From contig CAVVUN010000012.1 in NCBI GenBank assembly GCA_963751455.1, forward strand, positions 32,001-96,000: 64,000 nt of DNA, read 5' to 3'. Source of the stretch: Nitrospirota bacterium (GTDB lineage: Bacteria; Nitrospirota; UBA9217). The notes under the pieces were generated by a model. It was not told the DNA's origin. It was given only the letters and a program-made list of their open reading frames with translations, and did no database searches. The position numbers and the translations under genes were made by a program. Shown here one piece after another: positions 8,202 to 18,581 of the stretch; position 1 is the first letter of the stretch, and each line of letters starts with the position of its first letter.

Positions 8202-11084
8202 ATGAAATTTTCACGACGCATGTTTATGAAGCTTGCCGCCGTCGGAGGGGCGTCGTTTGCGACCGAGAAGGGCATGAAAAAAATAGGCAAACTTGTGCCC
8301 TATGTCGTCCCGCCGGAAAAATTTTCACCCGTAGAAGGGAAGACTCTGGCGACAACCTGCAGGGAATGTCCGGCCGGCTGCGGCATGCATGTGCGGCACA
8401 TCAATGGAAGGATCACGAAAGCGGAAGGCAACCCGGAGCACCCGGTCAACCGCGGCGGTTTGTGTCCTCGCGGCCAATCCGCGCTCCAGGGCGTCTACGA
8501 CCCGGACCGCGTCAAAGAGGTACAGACCAGGGAAAAGGCCGGACCGTTCCGGCAGGAACGGCGTGATAGAGCCCTTGCCCGCATCGGAGAACGGATCGGG
8601 AAGGCAAACGGCCGCATTGCCCTCATAAGCAGGCTCGAAACCGGCACGCTCTCCGAGATACTTTCTTCCTTCATTTCGGGTTTTGGATCTGACCGGATTC
8701 TATTTTATGAGCCGTTTCATTACGGGCCTCTTCGCAAGGCTCATGCAGCGGTTCACGGCCTCGCGCAAATCCCGTCGTATCGTCTCGATCAATGCGATTA
8801 CATTCTCAGTTTCGCAGCCGACTTTCTCGAATCCTGGATATCCAATGTTCAATTCGGATATGAATTTTCAAATATGCATGCGCTCAAGAGCGGCAAAATC
8901 GGCCGCTTCGATTATGTCGGCCCGCGGCTGTCGATGACGGCCGCGAATGCGGATAGATTCATACCTGTCTTCCCGGGACGGGAAAAGGACGTGGCGCTCG
9001 CCATGCTCAGGATCCAGTCTGATGAAAATATGCTGCGCACAGGAACCGCTCTTATCAGGCCGCTCGTCGCAAATGTTGATGTCCGTTCCGTGGTATCTTC
9101 GTCTCTTTCTTACGAAGACCTCCGGCTAATGGCCCGCCGCTTCGTACAATCCCGTTCTGTTGCGCTCGCCTGCCCGGTAGGCGCCGTTGGCCGTGAAGCG
9201 GAAGAGCTGGCAATCGCCGCGGCATTATTGAACTTTGCCTCAGGGAGCACGGGGAACAGTGTCGATTTTTCACGGCCTCACGCCCTGTCCGGCGCGGCCG
9301 ATGAAGACGAGTTCAACGCTTTTTTAAAAAGCATCACTCCCGATGATGTACTCATCGTCCACAAGACGAACCCGGTCTACACCAGGCCCGGATCCGAGGA
9401 GTATCTCAAAAATGCAGGCCTGATCGTTTACCTTGGGACGATGATGGATGAAACAGCAGGCATCGCTGATTGGGTGCTGCCGGTCAATGACGACCTGGAA
9501 TCCTGGGGCGACTATGAGCCTTGGGCGGGTGTTCAAAGTCTTCTGCAGCCTACCATGACACCTTTAGGCGATTCGATGGCTGCCGGTGACACTTTCATAA
9601 GAATTGCGTCCTCAGCTCAAAAAGTACTGAGAAGAAAACCGGACGGTTCCGCGATTGAAACCACCTATGATTGGCTTCGGGAGCGTTGGCGTTCCCGGTA
9701 TCCTTCGGCCAGTTGGGAAGAATTCGTAAGGAACGGGGGATCCTGGTCCTCATCCAGACCGGGAAAAGCAAAGTCAGCAGCGCCGGTACCCGGGAAGGAA
9801 ATAACTCTTCCTGCCGGTAAGCCGGCACCGCAGCTGAAGGAGCATGAAGCACTCCTCTGGCTCTGGTCTTCCGTAATGCTCTTTGACGGCCGGACTGCCA
9901 ACCGGGGGTGGCTTCAGGAGGCGCCCGAACCAATAAGCACAATCACCTGGGGCAATTGGATAGATCTGCATCCTAAGAAGGCAGAGCTGCTGAAAATCCG
10001 GACAGGTGACGTCATTGAGCTCGCAACGCATGACGGCCGGTCCATCCAGGCCCCGGCACGGGTAACCGAAGATGTGGCCGAGGAGGTTGCGGCTGTTTGC
10101 TTCGGCCAGGGCCATTCACAGGGGTCTACCGCCGCCAATGTCGGGGTAAATGCCTTTAAACTTTTATCCCGGGGTGAGTCGCTTGACGGCTCTTTCGGCC
10201 GTGTCAAAATCCGCAAAACCGGGCGTCCGGAAGAACTGGCCCAAAGCATGACCACCCGGGACCAGCATGACCGTGAGCTCCTGCAATGGAAGCATCTCGA
10301 TGAGGCCGGTTCCATGAAGCCGGGGCCGCTGACCCTTCCCCTTGAAGAAAGTTATGCAAAGGGACGCGACCTGTATAAGCCTCATGAACATAAAAAACAC
10401 CGCTGGGCCATGACCATCGACCTCCAGCGCTGCATCGGGTGTGGAGCGTGCGCTGTTGCCTGCTACGCTGAGAATAATATTCCGGTTGTTGGCAGAAAAC
10501 AGGTCATGAAAGGAAGGCATCTGCCCTGGCTCAGGGTAGTGCCGTATCGTCTTAACGACCCTCCGCACAGGATCGCCTGGCTGCCGATGCTCTGCCAGCA
10601 CTGCGATCAGGCGCCGTGCGAACCGGTCTGCCCGGTCTTTGCCGCTGCTCATAACGAGGAAGGACTGAACGCCCAGATTTACAACCGGTGCATAGGAACG
10701 AGGTACTGTTCCAATAACTGTCCGTACAAGGTGCGCCGGTTCAACTGGGTCAACATCGTGTGGGATAAATCGCTTACACGGCAGCTGAATCCGGAAGTGA
10801 CGGTCCGCGTCCGCGGGGTCATGGAAAAATGTACGTTCTGCGTGCAGCGCATCCGGAGCGCAGAGTATCGGGCAAAGCTCGAAAACAGGAAGGTCCGCGA
10901 TGGTGAAATTACGCCTGCATGCGCGCAGACCTGCCCGGCCAAGGTCTTCACGTTCGGGGACCTGCTGGATCCTGAATCGGCTGTCAGTAAAATCACGAGG
11001 AATGACCCAAGGCGCTACCATGTGCTGGAGGAACTGAATACGAAGCCGGCGATCACGTATCTGTACAGGATTTTGCAGGAATAG
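8202..11084 (+). CDS. actB: Alternative complex III subunit ActB (molybdopterin oxidoreductase-like domain plus Fe-S ferredoxin domain)
   Basis: Tat signal SRRMFMK; C-terminal NrfC-like domain with four Cys clusters including CIGTRYCSNNCP and RGVMEKCTFCVQR; followed by an NrfD-type subunit. Confidence 0.88.
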   Translation: MKFSRRMFMKLAAVGGASFATEKGMKKIGKLVPYVVPPEKFSPVEGKTLATTCRECPAGCGMHVRHINGRITKAEGNPEHPVNRGGLCPRGQSALQGVYDPDRVKEVQTREKAGPFRQERRDRALARIGERIGKANGRIALISRLETGTLSEILSSFISGFGSDRILFYEPFHYGPLRKAHAAVHGLAQIPSYRLDQCDYILSFAADFLESWISNVQFGYEFSNMHALKSGKIGRFDYVGPRLSMTAANADRFIPVFPGREKDVALAMLRIQSDENMLRTGTALIRPLVANVDVRSVVSSSLSYEDLRLMARRFVQSRSVALACPVGAVGREAEELAIAAALLNFASGSTGNSVDFSRPHALSGAADEDEFNAFLKSITPDDVLIVHKTNPVYTRPGSEEYLKNAGLIVYLGTMMDETAGIADWVLPVNDDLESWGDYEPWAGVQSLLQPTMTPLGDSMAAGDTFIRIASSAQKVLRRKPDGSAIETTYDWLRERWRSRYPSASWEEFVRNGGSWSSSRPGKAKSAAPVPGKEITLPAGKPAPQLKEHEALLWLWSSVMLFDGRTANRGWLQEAPEPISTITWGNWIDLHPKKAELLKIRTGDVIELATHDGRSIQAPARVTEDVAEEVAAVCFGQGHSQGSTAANVGVNAFKLLSRGESLDGSFGRVKIRKTGRPEELAQSMTTRDQHDRELLQWKHLDEAGSMKPGPLTLPLEESYAKGRDLYKPHEHKKHRWAMTIDLQRCIGCGACAVACYAENNIPVVGRKQVMKGRHLPWLRVVPYRLNDPPHRIAWLPMLCQHCDQAPCEPVCPVFAAAHNEEGLNAQIYNRCIGTRYCSNNCPYKVRRFNWVNIVWDKSLTRQLNPEVTVRVRGVMEKCTFCVQRIRSAEYRAKLENRKVRDGEITPACAQTCPAKVFTFGDLLDPESAVSKITRNDPRRYHVLEELNTKPAITYLYRILQE

Positions 11085-11100
11085 AATGAAGATCGGTTCT

Positions 11101-11200
11101 TATCCGCAGATTTCGCAGATGACGCAGATTTTTTAAAATACCTTTATAACAAAGCGCTTCTCCGGATTAAATCTGAGAAATCTGCGCAATCTGCGGATAA
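11101..11200. repeat. CGCAGAT/ATCTGCG inverted intergenic repeat
   Basis: TATCCGCAGATTTCGCAGATGACGCAGATT...AATCTGCGCAATCTGCGGATA; relatives at about 18477-18560, 47400-47545 and 62910-63035. Confidence 0.75.
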
Positions 11201-11217
11201 GGCTCTTACATAAAGAT

Positions 11218-13095
11218 ATGTCCCAATTATCCTATTCACAAATAGACGACAAGGTCCTGAAGGCAACGGAGCGTCCGCCCTTCATGTACTTCATCGTCCT
11301 GCTTCTTCTGGGAGCCGGCATAACTCTGGCCGCAGGACTCTGGATGTACCAGGTGAAGTATGGCATGGGCGCCGCAAACATCCATCAGCCCATCGATTGG
11401 GGTGTGTATATCGCCAACTTCGTGTTCTGGGTCGGAATCGCGCACTCAGGCACGCTCATTTCCGCGATCCTCTACCTCCTCCGGGCAAAATGGCGCGATT
11501 CCGTGTCGCGCGCCACCGAGGCAATGACCATCTTTGCGATCATGACCGCCGGCCTGTTCCCCATGGTTCATATGGGCAGGTTGTGGGTCATTTATTACAT
11601 CCTGCCGTATCCCAGTCAGCGCCAGCTCTGGCCCAACTTCATCAGTCCTCTGCTCTGGGACGTTCTGGCCATCAGCACCTATTTGACCGTCAGCATAATT
11701 TTTTTCTTCATCGGGCTGCTGCCGGATCTCGCATCCTTTCGCGACAGATGCGAGGTGACGCTTGGCCGCAATCACTGGAAATCGAGACTCTATCGCTTAC
11801 TCTCTGCAGGCTGGTCCGGGGCCGGCGGGCAGTGGCGGCACTATGGCCGCAGCTATCTCTATTTCGCAGCTCTTGCCACGCCGCTCGTGGTATCGGTGCA
11901 TTCCATTGTTTCATGGGATTTCGCCATGAGTCTGCTCCCGGGATGGCACACCACGCTTTTTGCCCCCTATTTCGTTGCAGGCGCAATCCATTCAGGCCTT
12001 GCCCTCGCGCTCGTTCTTCTGATTCCGTTGCGAAGTCTTCTGAATCTCAAAGAGATCATTAAGATAGATCATCTTGAAGCCGTTGCAAAAACAATACTGG
12101 TTACCACCGCAATCATCGCCTACTCGTATGCACTCGAGCCGTTTATAGCCTGGTACAGCGGCAATGTCTTCGAATCACAGTACATGAGCTATCTTGCGTT
12201 CGGTGGCATGGCGCCGGTGTACTGGTCTCTGTTCTTTTTCAATATCCTGGCGCCCCTGGCTTTCGTTCTGAAATTCGTACGCCGCAGCACCTATACGCTT
12301 TTCGCGATCGGCATCCTGGTCAACATCGGTATGTGGATCGAACGCGTCATGATCGTTACGTCAGCCACGGGACACGACTTCCTGCCGCACAACTGGTCAA
12401 CGTACTTTCCGAACATGATCGAAATCGGCATTACGACCGGATCCTTCTGTTTCTTTTTCTTCTTCTATCTGCTGTTCGCAAAGCTGCTTCCTGCGGTTCC
12501 AAGCACCGATCTGAAAGCAGCGGTTGAAGAAATGGAAACTGAGCACGTTGTCGTTGAAGAGATTTTTGCACCCGATCAAAAAACAAGCGGCGCAACAGCC
12601 GCGACAATTACGGGACGCTATGCCGATGCCCGCGCTTTGATCGAAGCAGCAAAGAAACTGAAAACAGCCGGATACCACCAAATGGATTTTTTTTCACCGG
12701 TCAGGATTGTTAAACTTGAGCGTTTGCTCGGTTATCGCCCGAGTCCTGTCCGATTCTGGACGCTCGCCGGCGCCCTCACGGGACTGATCGGCGGGTATTT
12801 TCTGGCTGCCGGAACGGCCCTTGTGAATAGTATCATCATAGGAGGCAAGCACCCGGTCTCCCTTATTCCGTACAGTGTCATAGGGTTCGAAGGGATGATC
12901 CTGATAGGCTCAATCGCCAACTTCCTCGGTTTTTTATTTTACACCAGGCACTATCGTCGCGAAAAAGTAACGTATGATCCGAGATACAGCCGCAATATGT
13001 TCGCCCTCGTGGTCTCCTGCAATCGGGACGAGGCAGACAAGCTGAATCCGATAGTTGCTCAAACTAATCCGGAGGAGACGCATACTCTGGGTTGA
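11218..13095 (+). CDS. actC: Alternative complex III ActC (NrfD family quinol-binding subunit) fused to ActD (DUF3341)
   Basis: NFVFWVGIAHSGTLISAIL, SPLLWD, SVHSIVSWDFA; C-terminal FFSPV...IIGGK...FEGMIL ActD-like domain. Confidence 0.88.
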   Translation: MSQLSYSQIDDKVLKATERPPFMYFIVLLLLGAGITLAAGLWMYQVKYGMGAANIHQPIDWGVYIANFVFWVGIAHSGTLISAILYLLRAKWRDSVSRATEAMTIFAIMTAGLFPMVHMGRLWVIYYILPYPSQRQLWPNFISPLLWDVLAISTYLTVSIIFFFIGLLPDLASFRDRCEVTLGRNHWKSRLYRLLSAGWSGAGGQWRHYGRSYLYFAALATPLVVSVHSIVSWDFAMSLLPGWHTTLFAPYFVAGAIHSGLALALVLLIPLRSLLNLKEIIKIDHLEAVAKTILVTTAIIAYSYALEPFIAWYSGNVFESQYMSYLAFGGMAPVYWSLFFFNILAPLAFVLKFVRRSTYTLFAIGILVNIGMWIERVMIVTSATGHDFLPHNWSTYFPNMIEIGITTGSFCFFFFFYLLFAKLLPAVPSTDLKAAVEEMETEHVVVEEIFAPDQKTSGATAATITGRYADARALIEAAKKLKTAGYHQMDFFSPVRIVKLERLLGYRPSPVRFWTLAGALTGLIGGYFLAAGTALVNSIIIGGKHPVSLIPYSVIGFEGMILIGSIANFLGFLFYTRHYRREKVTYDPRYSRNMFALVVSCNRDEADKLNPIVAQTNPEETHTLG

Positions 13096-13228
13096 TGTGA
13101 TAAAAATCTCTGGGGTTACGGCGACGAGGCCCGTATCGGCGAACGTGTCAGGGTAACGTTTGTAACGAACGACTTAACCGAACAACGAGACGGGCTTCGT
13201 TACCGCAACCGAAAGACGAAAAACAAAC

Positions 13229-14302
13229 ATGATCGATCCGGAGAAGAGACATAGATCATTCAGGCTGCTCGGCTGGGCGTTCCTGCTCGTTTCCGGCCTT
13301 CTTGTCTGGGGCGTGCTGCTGCGTTCGGGCGAAGATCCTGGCCGGGCGTGGCGCGCGCTGCTCATAAATTTTTTGTACTTTACCCCGCTCTCGGCCGGTC
13401 TCATCACGTGGTCGGCGATCGTTATTGCTGCCAACGGTCGCTGGGCAGGGCCTGCGGAGCGTCTTGCGTGGACCGGGCTCGGGTTTCTCATCCCATCGCT
13501 CATAGTCCTGGTCGCGCTCTGGATCGGCAGTCCTGATTGGGCGCCGTGGTACGGCCGCAAGTTTCATCAAGGCGCCTGGCTGAATAATACGGTACTCTTC
13601 GTCCGGGTGCTCGGCTGCCTCCTTGTTTTCTGGGCGACTGCTGTCTGGTTTCTTCTCTCCCGATTGAAGGGACGGCATCGGGCAGGGACTCCGGCTGCAA
13701 TCCTCATAATTGTGTTTTGCGTTGTGTTCACTCTTTTTTCCTTTGATCTCGTAGCGGCCCTCACTCCCGACTGGCGCAGCGCACTGTTCGGCGCATATTT
13801 CTTTATTTCGAGTCTTTACGTCGCGGCGGTATTCTGGGCGTTCCTGGCGGCCGTCAGTCCGGAGTTCGGACCGGACCTTCGTCAGGACCTCGGGAAACTG
13901 ATTCTCGCCTTCAGCATTCTCACTACTTCTTTCCTTTTTATGCAGTTGCTTACAATCTGGTATGAGAACATTCCTGAAGAGACATCGTATCTCATTGATC
14001 GGATGCATCATCCCGAGTGGCTCCGGGTCACGACCGCTCTCCTGTTCCTGGTTTACTTTGGCCCGTTGCTGTTGCTTGTAACGGAATGGTCAAAGAGAAA
14101 CCGTCCTTTCCTGGGCGGAGTATCCATTTTCCTGCTCGTCGGACTCTGGATGGAACGATGGTGGCAGGTCGCCCCGTCGTTTTCACATGAGGCGAACTTC
14201 GGATTGGTTGAGCTTGCCGCGACCGCCGCCGTCCTCGGCGGACTCGGTTTGAGCATGGAGGCGGCGCGACGAGTTCTGCCGGGATTTCCGGAAGAATCTT
14301 GA
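13229..14302 (+). CDS. actF: Alternative complex III ActF-like polytopic membrane subunit
   Basis: About 10 TM helices; WRSALFG, DLGKLILAF, IWYENIPEE motifs. Confidence 0.8.
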   Translation: MIDPEKRHRSFRLLGWAFLLVSGLLVWGVLLRSGEDPGRAWRALLINFLYFTPLSAGLITWSAIVIAANGRWAGPAERLAWTGLGFLIPSLIVLVALWIGSPDWAPWYGRKFHQGAWLNNTVLFVRVLGCLLVFWATAVWFLLSRLKGRHRAGTPAAILIIVFCVVFTLFSFDLVAALTPDWRSALFGAYFFISSLYVAAVFWAFLAAVSPEFGPDLRQDLGKLILAFSILTTSFLFMQLLTIWYENIPEETSYLIDRMHHPEWLRVTTALLFLVYFGPLLLLVTEWSKRNRPFLGGVSIFLLVGLWMERWWQVAPSFSHEANFGLVELAATAAVLGGLGLSMEAARRVLPGFPEES

Positions 14303-14355
14303 AAAAACAATTAGACACAGAGCGCATAGAGGTCACAGAGAATGAAACCGGCTTT

Positions 14356-14416
14356 GTAGGGCAAGGCTTTAGCCTTGCGAATATCGGAAAACCGCAACCC
14401 TGAAGGGTTGCCCTAC
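14356..14416. repeat. REP-like doublet (GTAG...CTAC) hairpin
   Basis: GTAGGGCAAGGCTTTAGCCTTGC...GCAACCCTGAAGGGTTGCCCTAC; related pair at 38652-38724. Confidence 0.65.
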
Positions 14417-14449
14417 AAAATCCTGAGCGAGAAAAAGAGTAGGCGAACC

Positions 14450-14989
14450 ATGAGCGAACAACCCGGAATGAAACCCGGCATCGATATTCCCGTCCAGGTC
14501 GTGCTGGGTTTGATCGCGATTATAGTGACCGGCTCGTTGATTTATGTTTTTAATTTTTACGGCAAGGGAAAGATCGGCATAGAACAGCCGGTTTTTTTCA
14601 GCCACCGCGTGCATGTGAACGACAAAAAGATCAGCTGCTTCATGTGTCATCCCGAGGCCATGACCACGGCTCGCGCCGGAATACCTGCGCTGGAAACTTG
14701 CATGCTCTGTCATGCGCGGATCGCGGTGACCTATCCCGAGATAGCGAAACTCCGCGGTTTTTACTTTGAAAAAAGACCGGTTGCGTGGAACAAGGTCTAT
14801 TATCTGCCGGATTTCGTCTATTTCAATCATTCGATGCACATCCATCGGCGGATCGACTGCAGCCAATGCCACGGCAACATGCCGCTCATGGACCGGGTGG
14901 TGAAGCAGCAGGACTTTATCATGGGCTTCTGCATCGAGTGCCACAGAAAAACGAAAGCGACGATTGATTGTTTTACTTGTCATCGATAA
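14450..14989 (+). CDS. actA: Alternative complex III ActA, membrane-anchored pentaheme cytochrome c
   Basis: One TM helix and five CxxCH motifs (CFMCH, CMLCH, CSQCH, CIECH, CFTCH); QPVFFSHRVH, LPDFVYFNH. Confidence 0.9.
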   Translation: MSEQPGMKPGIDIPVQVVLGLIAIIVTGSLIYVFNFYGKGKIGIEQPVFFSHRVHVNDKKISCFMCHPEAMTTARAGIPALETCMLCHARIAVTYPEIAKLRGFYFEKRPVAWNKVYYLPDFVYFNHSMHIHRRIDCSQCHGNMPLMDRVVKQQDFIMGFCIECHRKTKATIDCFTCHR

Positions 14990-15169
14990 AGATTCAACAT
15001 CACCACGGAAACACTGAGGCACGGAGGGTCGCATAGCAACGGGACAAACAAATAATGCGGCAACATCCAAATGACAAAAAGTATAAAAAACCAAGAAATA
15101 CATTTTAATTTTCTCCGTGTCTCTGTGCCTCCGTGGTAAATTTTGAAATTTAGCGTAACGAGGTTCTGC

Positions 15170-16558
15170 ATGCCTTCAATTTTCCATCGCCAAAACTCCG
15201 CCGCCCTCGCCTTCATCGTCACGGGCGCCTTCTGGTTCATGTCCGGAACGCTTTTCGGGCTTTTTTCGGCGATTAACCTCGTCTCTCCGGAGTTCTTTAA
15301 TAATATTCCATGGCTGGTCTTCAGCCGGGTGCGGCCGACCCATGTCGATACTGTTCTGTTCGGGTTCGTCACTACCACCTTGATCGGGTGCGGCGTGTAT
15401 TACGTGCCCGCGCTCTTGCGGACCCCTCTCTGGTCGGAACCGCTCGGATGGGTGAGTTGCATGCTGTGGAACGCGACCATGCTGAGCGCGTACTTTACTT
15501 TTCCCTTCGGCTTGAGCCAGGGACGCGAGTATGCGGAGCATCTCTGGATTTTTGACATTACCCTGGTTCTTTCCATCCTGATTCTGCTCGTAAACATTGT
15601 CATGACCATTGTGAACCGCTCTGAAAAGGCATTGTATGTCTCGATATGGTATTTCGTGGGCATGCTTATCTGGACAGCGGGCTTTTATCCCATCGGCAAC
15701 GTGATGTGGCATCCTGAAACCGGCGCTCTCGCGGGGATCATCGACCCTATCATTCACTGGTTCTACGGGCACGCCCTGCCCGGATTATTGCTGACTCCGC
15801 TTGCCGTCGGAGCTGCCTATTATGTGATCCCGCGCGTCACCCGGACGCCGATCAATTCTCATACGCTGTCTCTTGTCGGGTTCTGGACGCTTATTGCCTT
15901 TTATACGCACATCGGCGGCCACCATATCCTCCAGATCCCGATACCGAACTGGCTGAAAGTGGTAACGGTAGTGAATTCGATTACCATGACCGTGCCTGTT
16001 TTTGTCGCGCTCGCGAACCTGTGGCTCACTGCCCGGGGATACGGAGGAAGACTCCTTCATGATCCTGCGGCAAGAATCGTTACGGCAGGCACTATCTGGT
16101 ATATCCTGACTTGTATCCAGGGACCGTTCCAGTCCCTGCCTTTTGTGCAGAGGGTCACCCATTTGAACAACTGGACCATCGCTCACTCCCACATCGCGGT
16201 CCTTGGGTTCGCGGGCTTCATCGCGCTCGGCACTATGTGGCATGTGCTTCCCTATATCTTGCGGCGCCGCATCTGGTCGTCCCGGCTCGTAAATCTCCAG
16301 TTCGGCTTGGTCCTGTTCGGGCTGACCGGGTTTTTTGTCGTGCTCACCATTGCAGGGCTGGTACAGGGCGAAGCCTGGGAGAATGGAGAGGTCGTCTACC
16401 GGGTATTGCCGCAGATCATGCCGTACATGGTGGCGAGGGCCGCACTGGGAATTTTGATCATAGCCTCCGCCTTCGTCGGATTCTTTAATCTTGTCATGAC
16501 CATTAAACGGGGAGAACCGTTCGAGCCGCAACCCGTGACAAAGGAGAATGGGCCATGA
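15170..16558 (+). CDS. ccoN: cbb3-type (family C) heme-copper oxidase subunit I
   Basis: RVRPTH, QGREYAE, WFYGH, FYTHIGGHH (Tyr six residues before HH, as in cbb3) and WTIAHSH ligands. Confidence 0.88.
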   Translation: MPSIFHRQNSAALAFIVTGAFWFMSGTLFGLFSAINLVSPEFFNNIPWLVFSRVRPTHVDTVLFGFVTTTLIGCGVYYVPALLRTPLWSEPLGWVSCMLWNATMLSAYFTFPFGLSQGREYAEHLWIFDITLVLSILILLVNIVMTIVNRSEKALYVSIWYFVGMLIWTAGFYPIGNVMWHPETGALAGIIDPIIHWFYGHALPGLLLTPLAVGAAYYVIPRVTRTPINSHTLSLVGFWTLIAFYTHIGGHHILQIPIPNWLKVVTVVNSITMTVPVFVALANLWLTARGYGGRLLHDPAARIVTAGTIWYILTCIQGPFQSLPFVQRVTHLNNWTIAHSHIAVLGFAGFIALGTMWHVLPYILRRRIWSSRLVNLQFGLVLFGLTGFFVVLTIAGLVQGEAWENGEVVYRVLPQIMPYMVARAALGILIIASAFVGFFNLVMTIKRGEPFEPQPVTKENGP

Positions 16559-17571
16559 AGATGACGCCGGCACTGCTGATCATCGGCAGCATTTTCATGT
16601 TCTGGGCCTCTGCCTTCATCATGGTGATCCTTCCCATGCAGACGATGGAAGTTAAGCCGTCAACAATCTGGAGGCCCATGGAACAGCCTGAGAAAGAGGG
16701 CTTCCGTCTGTTTGTCAATAACGGGTGCACGTACTGCCACTCCCTCTTCGTGCGTATCAATGACTGGGGCAAAGGATCCGAGCGGATTGCCGAAGCAGGC
16801 GACTTCGTAGGCCAGGAACCGTACCTCCCCGGCACCGAACGCATTGGTCCCGATCTCTCGCAGGAAGGCGGAGAGCATCCGGATGACTGGCATAGTGCCC
16901 ATTTCAAAAATCCCCGCTACACCAGCCCTGTCTCACTCATGCCAAGCTGGGAGTTTTTGGGCGACGAGGACATCGCTAAACTGACCGCGTTCATGCAGTA
17001 TCTCGGCATGAAGGACGCCGACTCGCGCGTTGGCCGCCAGAACTCATGGAGACGGCAGTCCATCGCAGCGTTCAGCGCCGGGGTGGACGAGAACATCCAA
17101 TGGCTGCATGCGCAGGTGCCGGAGGTGTGGCAGCGGATGCCGAATCCCTACCCCGCAACAGCTTCGTCGCTGTCCAAAGGGAAGCGGATCTACCAGGATT
17201 TCTGCATCAACTGCCACGGTTCCATCGGGGACGGCCAGGGTCCTGCCGCAAAATTCCTGATGCCGCCGCCGCTCAATTTTACGACGCTCCGTCGTCACCT
17301 TATCGAGAACCGGTACATCGGAGGACTGCTCTATTACCAGATCATGAACGGCATTTCAGGGACAGCAATGCCGTATTTCAAGCGTGACCTGGAATCGGCA
17401 AAGATCTGGGACGTGTCGAATTACCTTGCAGTTTCCTTTATAGGGTATACAGACGGGAACATCGAACCCCGGGGAATCGATGCCGCGCATGAGCCCGAGT
17501 GGAAAAATGAGTATGCACCTCCCGAGATGGAGGGGGGTAATACCGGCATGCCGAAAGGAGAGAAAAAGTGA
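16555..17571 (+). CDS. ccoO: cbb3 oxidase subunit II (CcoO) fused to a second cytochrome c domain
   Basis: GCTYCHS, GTERIGPDL, SLMP; second heme site CINCH with GTAMP. Confidence 0.85.
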   Translation: MKMTPALLIIGSIFMFWASAFIMVILPMQTMEVKPSTIWRPMEQPEKEGFRLFVNNGCTYCHSLFVRINDWGKGSERIAEAGDFVGQEPYLPGTERIGPDLSQEGGEHPDDWHSAHFKNPRYTSPVSLMPSWEFLGDEDIAKLTAFMQYLGMKDADSRVGRQNSWRRQSIAAFSAGVDENIQWLHAQVPEVWQRMPNPYPATASSLSKGKRIYQDFCINCHGSIGDGQGPAAKFLMPPPLNFTTLRRHLIENRYIGGLLYYQIMNGISGTAMPYFKRDLESAKIWDVSNYLAVSFIGYTDGNIEPRGIDAAHEPEWKNEYAPPEMEGGNTGMPKGEKK

Positions 17572-17792
17572 CCTCAGGCGCCTTCTTTTTGTACTGGCTG
17601 TCCTTCACGCTGTTGATCCTGATCACCGGCGCGTTTGCCGTATACTGGGCATTTCGTGCAGGACATTTTAAAGACCAGGAGCGGGCGCGTTATCTTGCGC
17701 TGTGGGCGGAAATACCGGAAGAACCACAGGTAAAGAATAAAAATATAACCACAGGTCCCGACAAGTCGGGACACACGGATGAACACGGATAA
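17568..17792 (+). CDS. ccoS: cbb3 oxidase maturation protein CcoS-like
   Basis: Single TM followed by WAFRAGHFKD..RARY (WA..GQF.D motif). Confidence 0.7.
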   Translation: MTSGAFFLYWLSFTLLILITGAFAVYWAFRAGHFKDQERARYLALWAEIPEEPQVKNKNITTGPDKSGHTDEHG

Positions 17793-17898
17793 GGATTATA
17801 AAATTTAAATCTTTTTAATTTGATTTTACCTGTCTTTATCTGTGTGTTTCGACAAAGTCGAAATTCGTGGTTACAAAAGGAGTTAAACGGAGTTAATT

Positions 17899-18171
17899 AT
17901 GTTCAATCTCGAAATATACCGGCTCCACTGGATCTGGTTCGCCCTGGGCCTGGGAGACATCCTCGTACTGCTCACGGCCCTGACCTACATCGCTATCTGG
18001 AGAAAGCGGGGCGTCGAACGCGAGGCCCAGCTCGAGATAACGAACCTCAAATCGTTTCTCATCTGGTTTCAGAAGACCTTTCCCTGGATACTGATCCTTA
18101 CGATCGCAGGGACCGGTCTGCTCGCTTTTGTCTATCCTCTTCTCAAGGCGGGGAATCCTCCGAACTGGTAG
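17899..18171 (+). CDS. Small two-TM membrane protein in the ACIII/cbb3 operon
   Basis: GGAG RBS, two hydrophobic helices, operon position. Confidence 0.6.
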   Translation: MFNLEIYRLHWIWFALGLGDILVLLTALTYIAIWRKRGVEREAQLEITNLKSFLIWFQKTFPWILILTIAGTGLLAFVYPLLKAGNPPNW

Positions 18172-18178
18172 GTGTGCT

Positions 18179-18457
18179 ATGGACGAAAAGGAAATTTTTG
18201 AACACTACGAAGAATACAAAGTACCCCCGCAGCTCGTGGGATGGGTGATTCTCTTTCTCTTCGGCCTTTCCTTGATGGGCTACGGGATGTGGTCTCATCA
18301 CCTGGTTCATGATCCGCCGCGCTATTGGGACCACGGAAGCCTCCCGGATACGCCGGCCCAGTCAATGTATTCTACTATGGCGCCGCCGTTGCCGATGAAG
18401 CCGGGAATGATTGTCATCAATCCCATGCCCGAGGGAAGGCCGATGGAACCGGATTAG
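18179..18457 (+). CDS. Small single-TM membrane protein in the ACIII/cbb3 operon
   Basis: Starts just after the upstream stop codon; one TM helix. Confidence 0.55.
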   Translation: MDEKEIFEHYEEYKVPPQLVGWVILFLFGLSLMGYGMWSHHLVHDPPRYWDHGSLPDTPAQSMYSTMAPPLPMKPGMIVINPMPEGRPMEPD

Positions 18458-18581
18458 TAAAAAAGCAGAATATTTTGTCCGCAGATTTACGCAGATGACC
18501 GCAGATTAAAAATTTTTCTTTTTAGATGTAATCCTGTTTTTTCCGCCTTTATCTGCGTCCAACATATATAAAGGAGTATTT

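Noticed and set aside
8202-11084. Nitrate or polysulfide reductase catalytic subunit, suggested by the nearby narJ-like gene
   Set aside because: Fused C-terminal ferredoxin domain and the actC/D/F/A neighbours fit alternative complex III
15170-16558. Nitric oxide reductase NorB
   Set aside because: Has the cbb3-type helix VII Tyr and ccoO/ccoS neighbours; no NOR-type HLWVE motif
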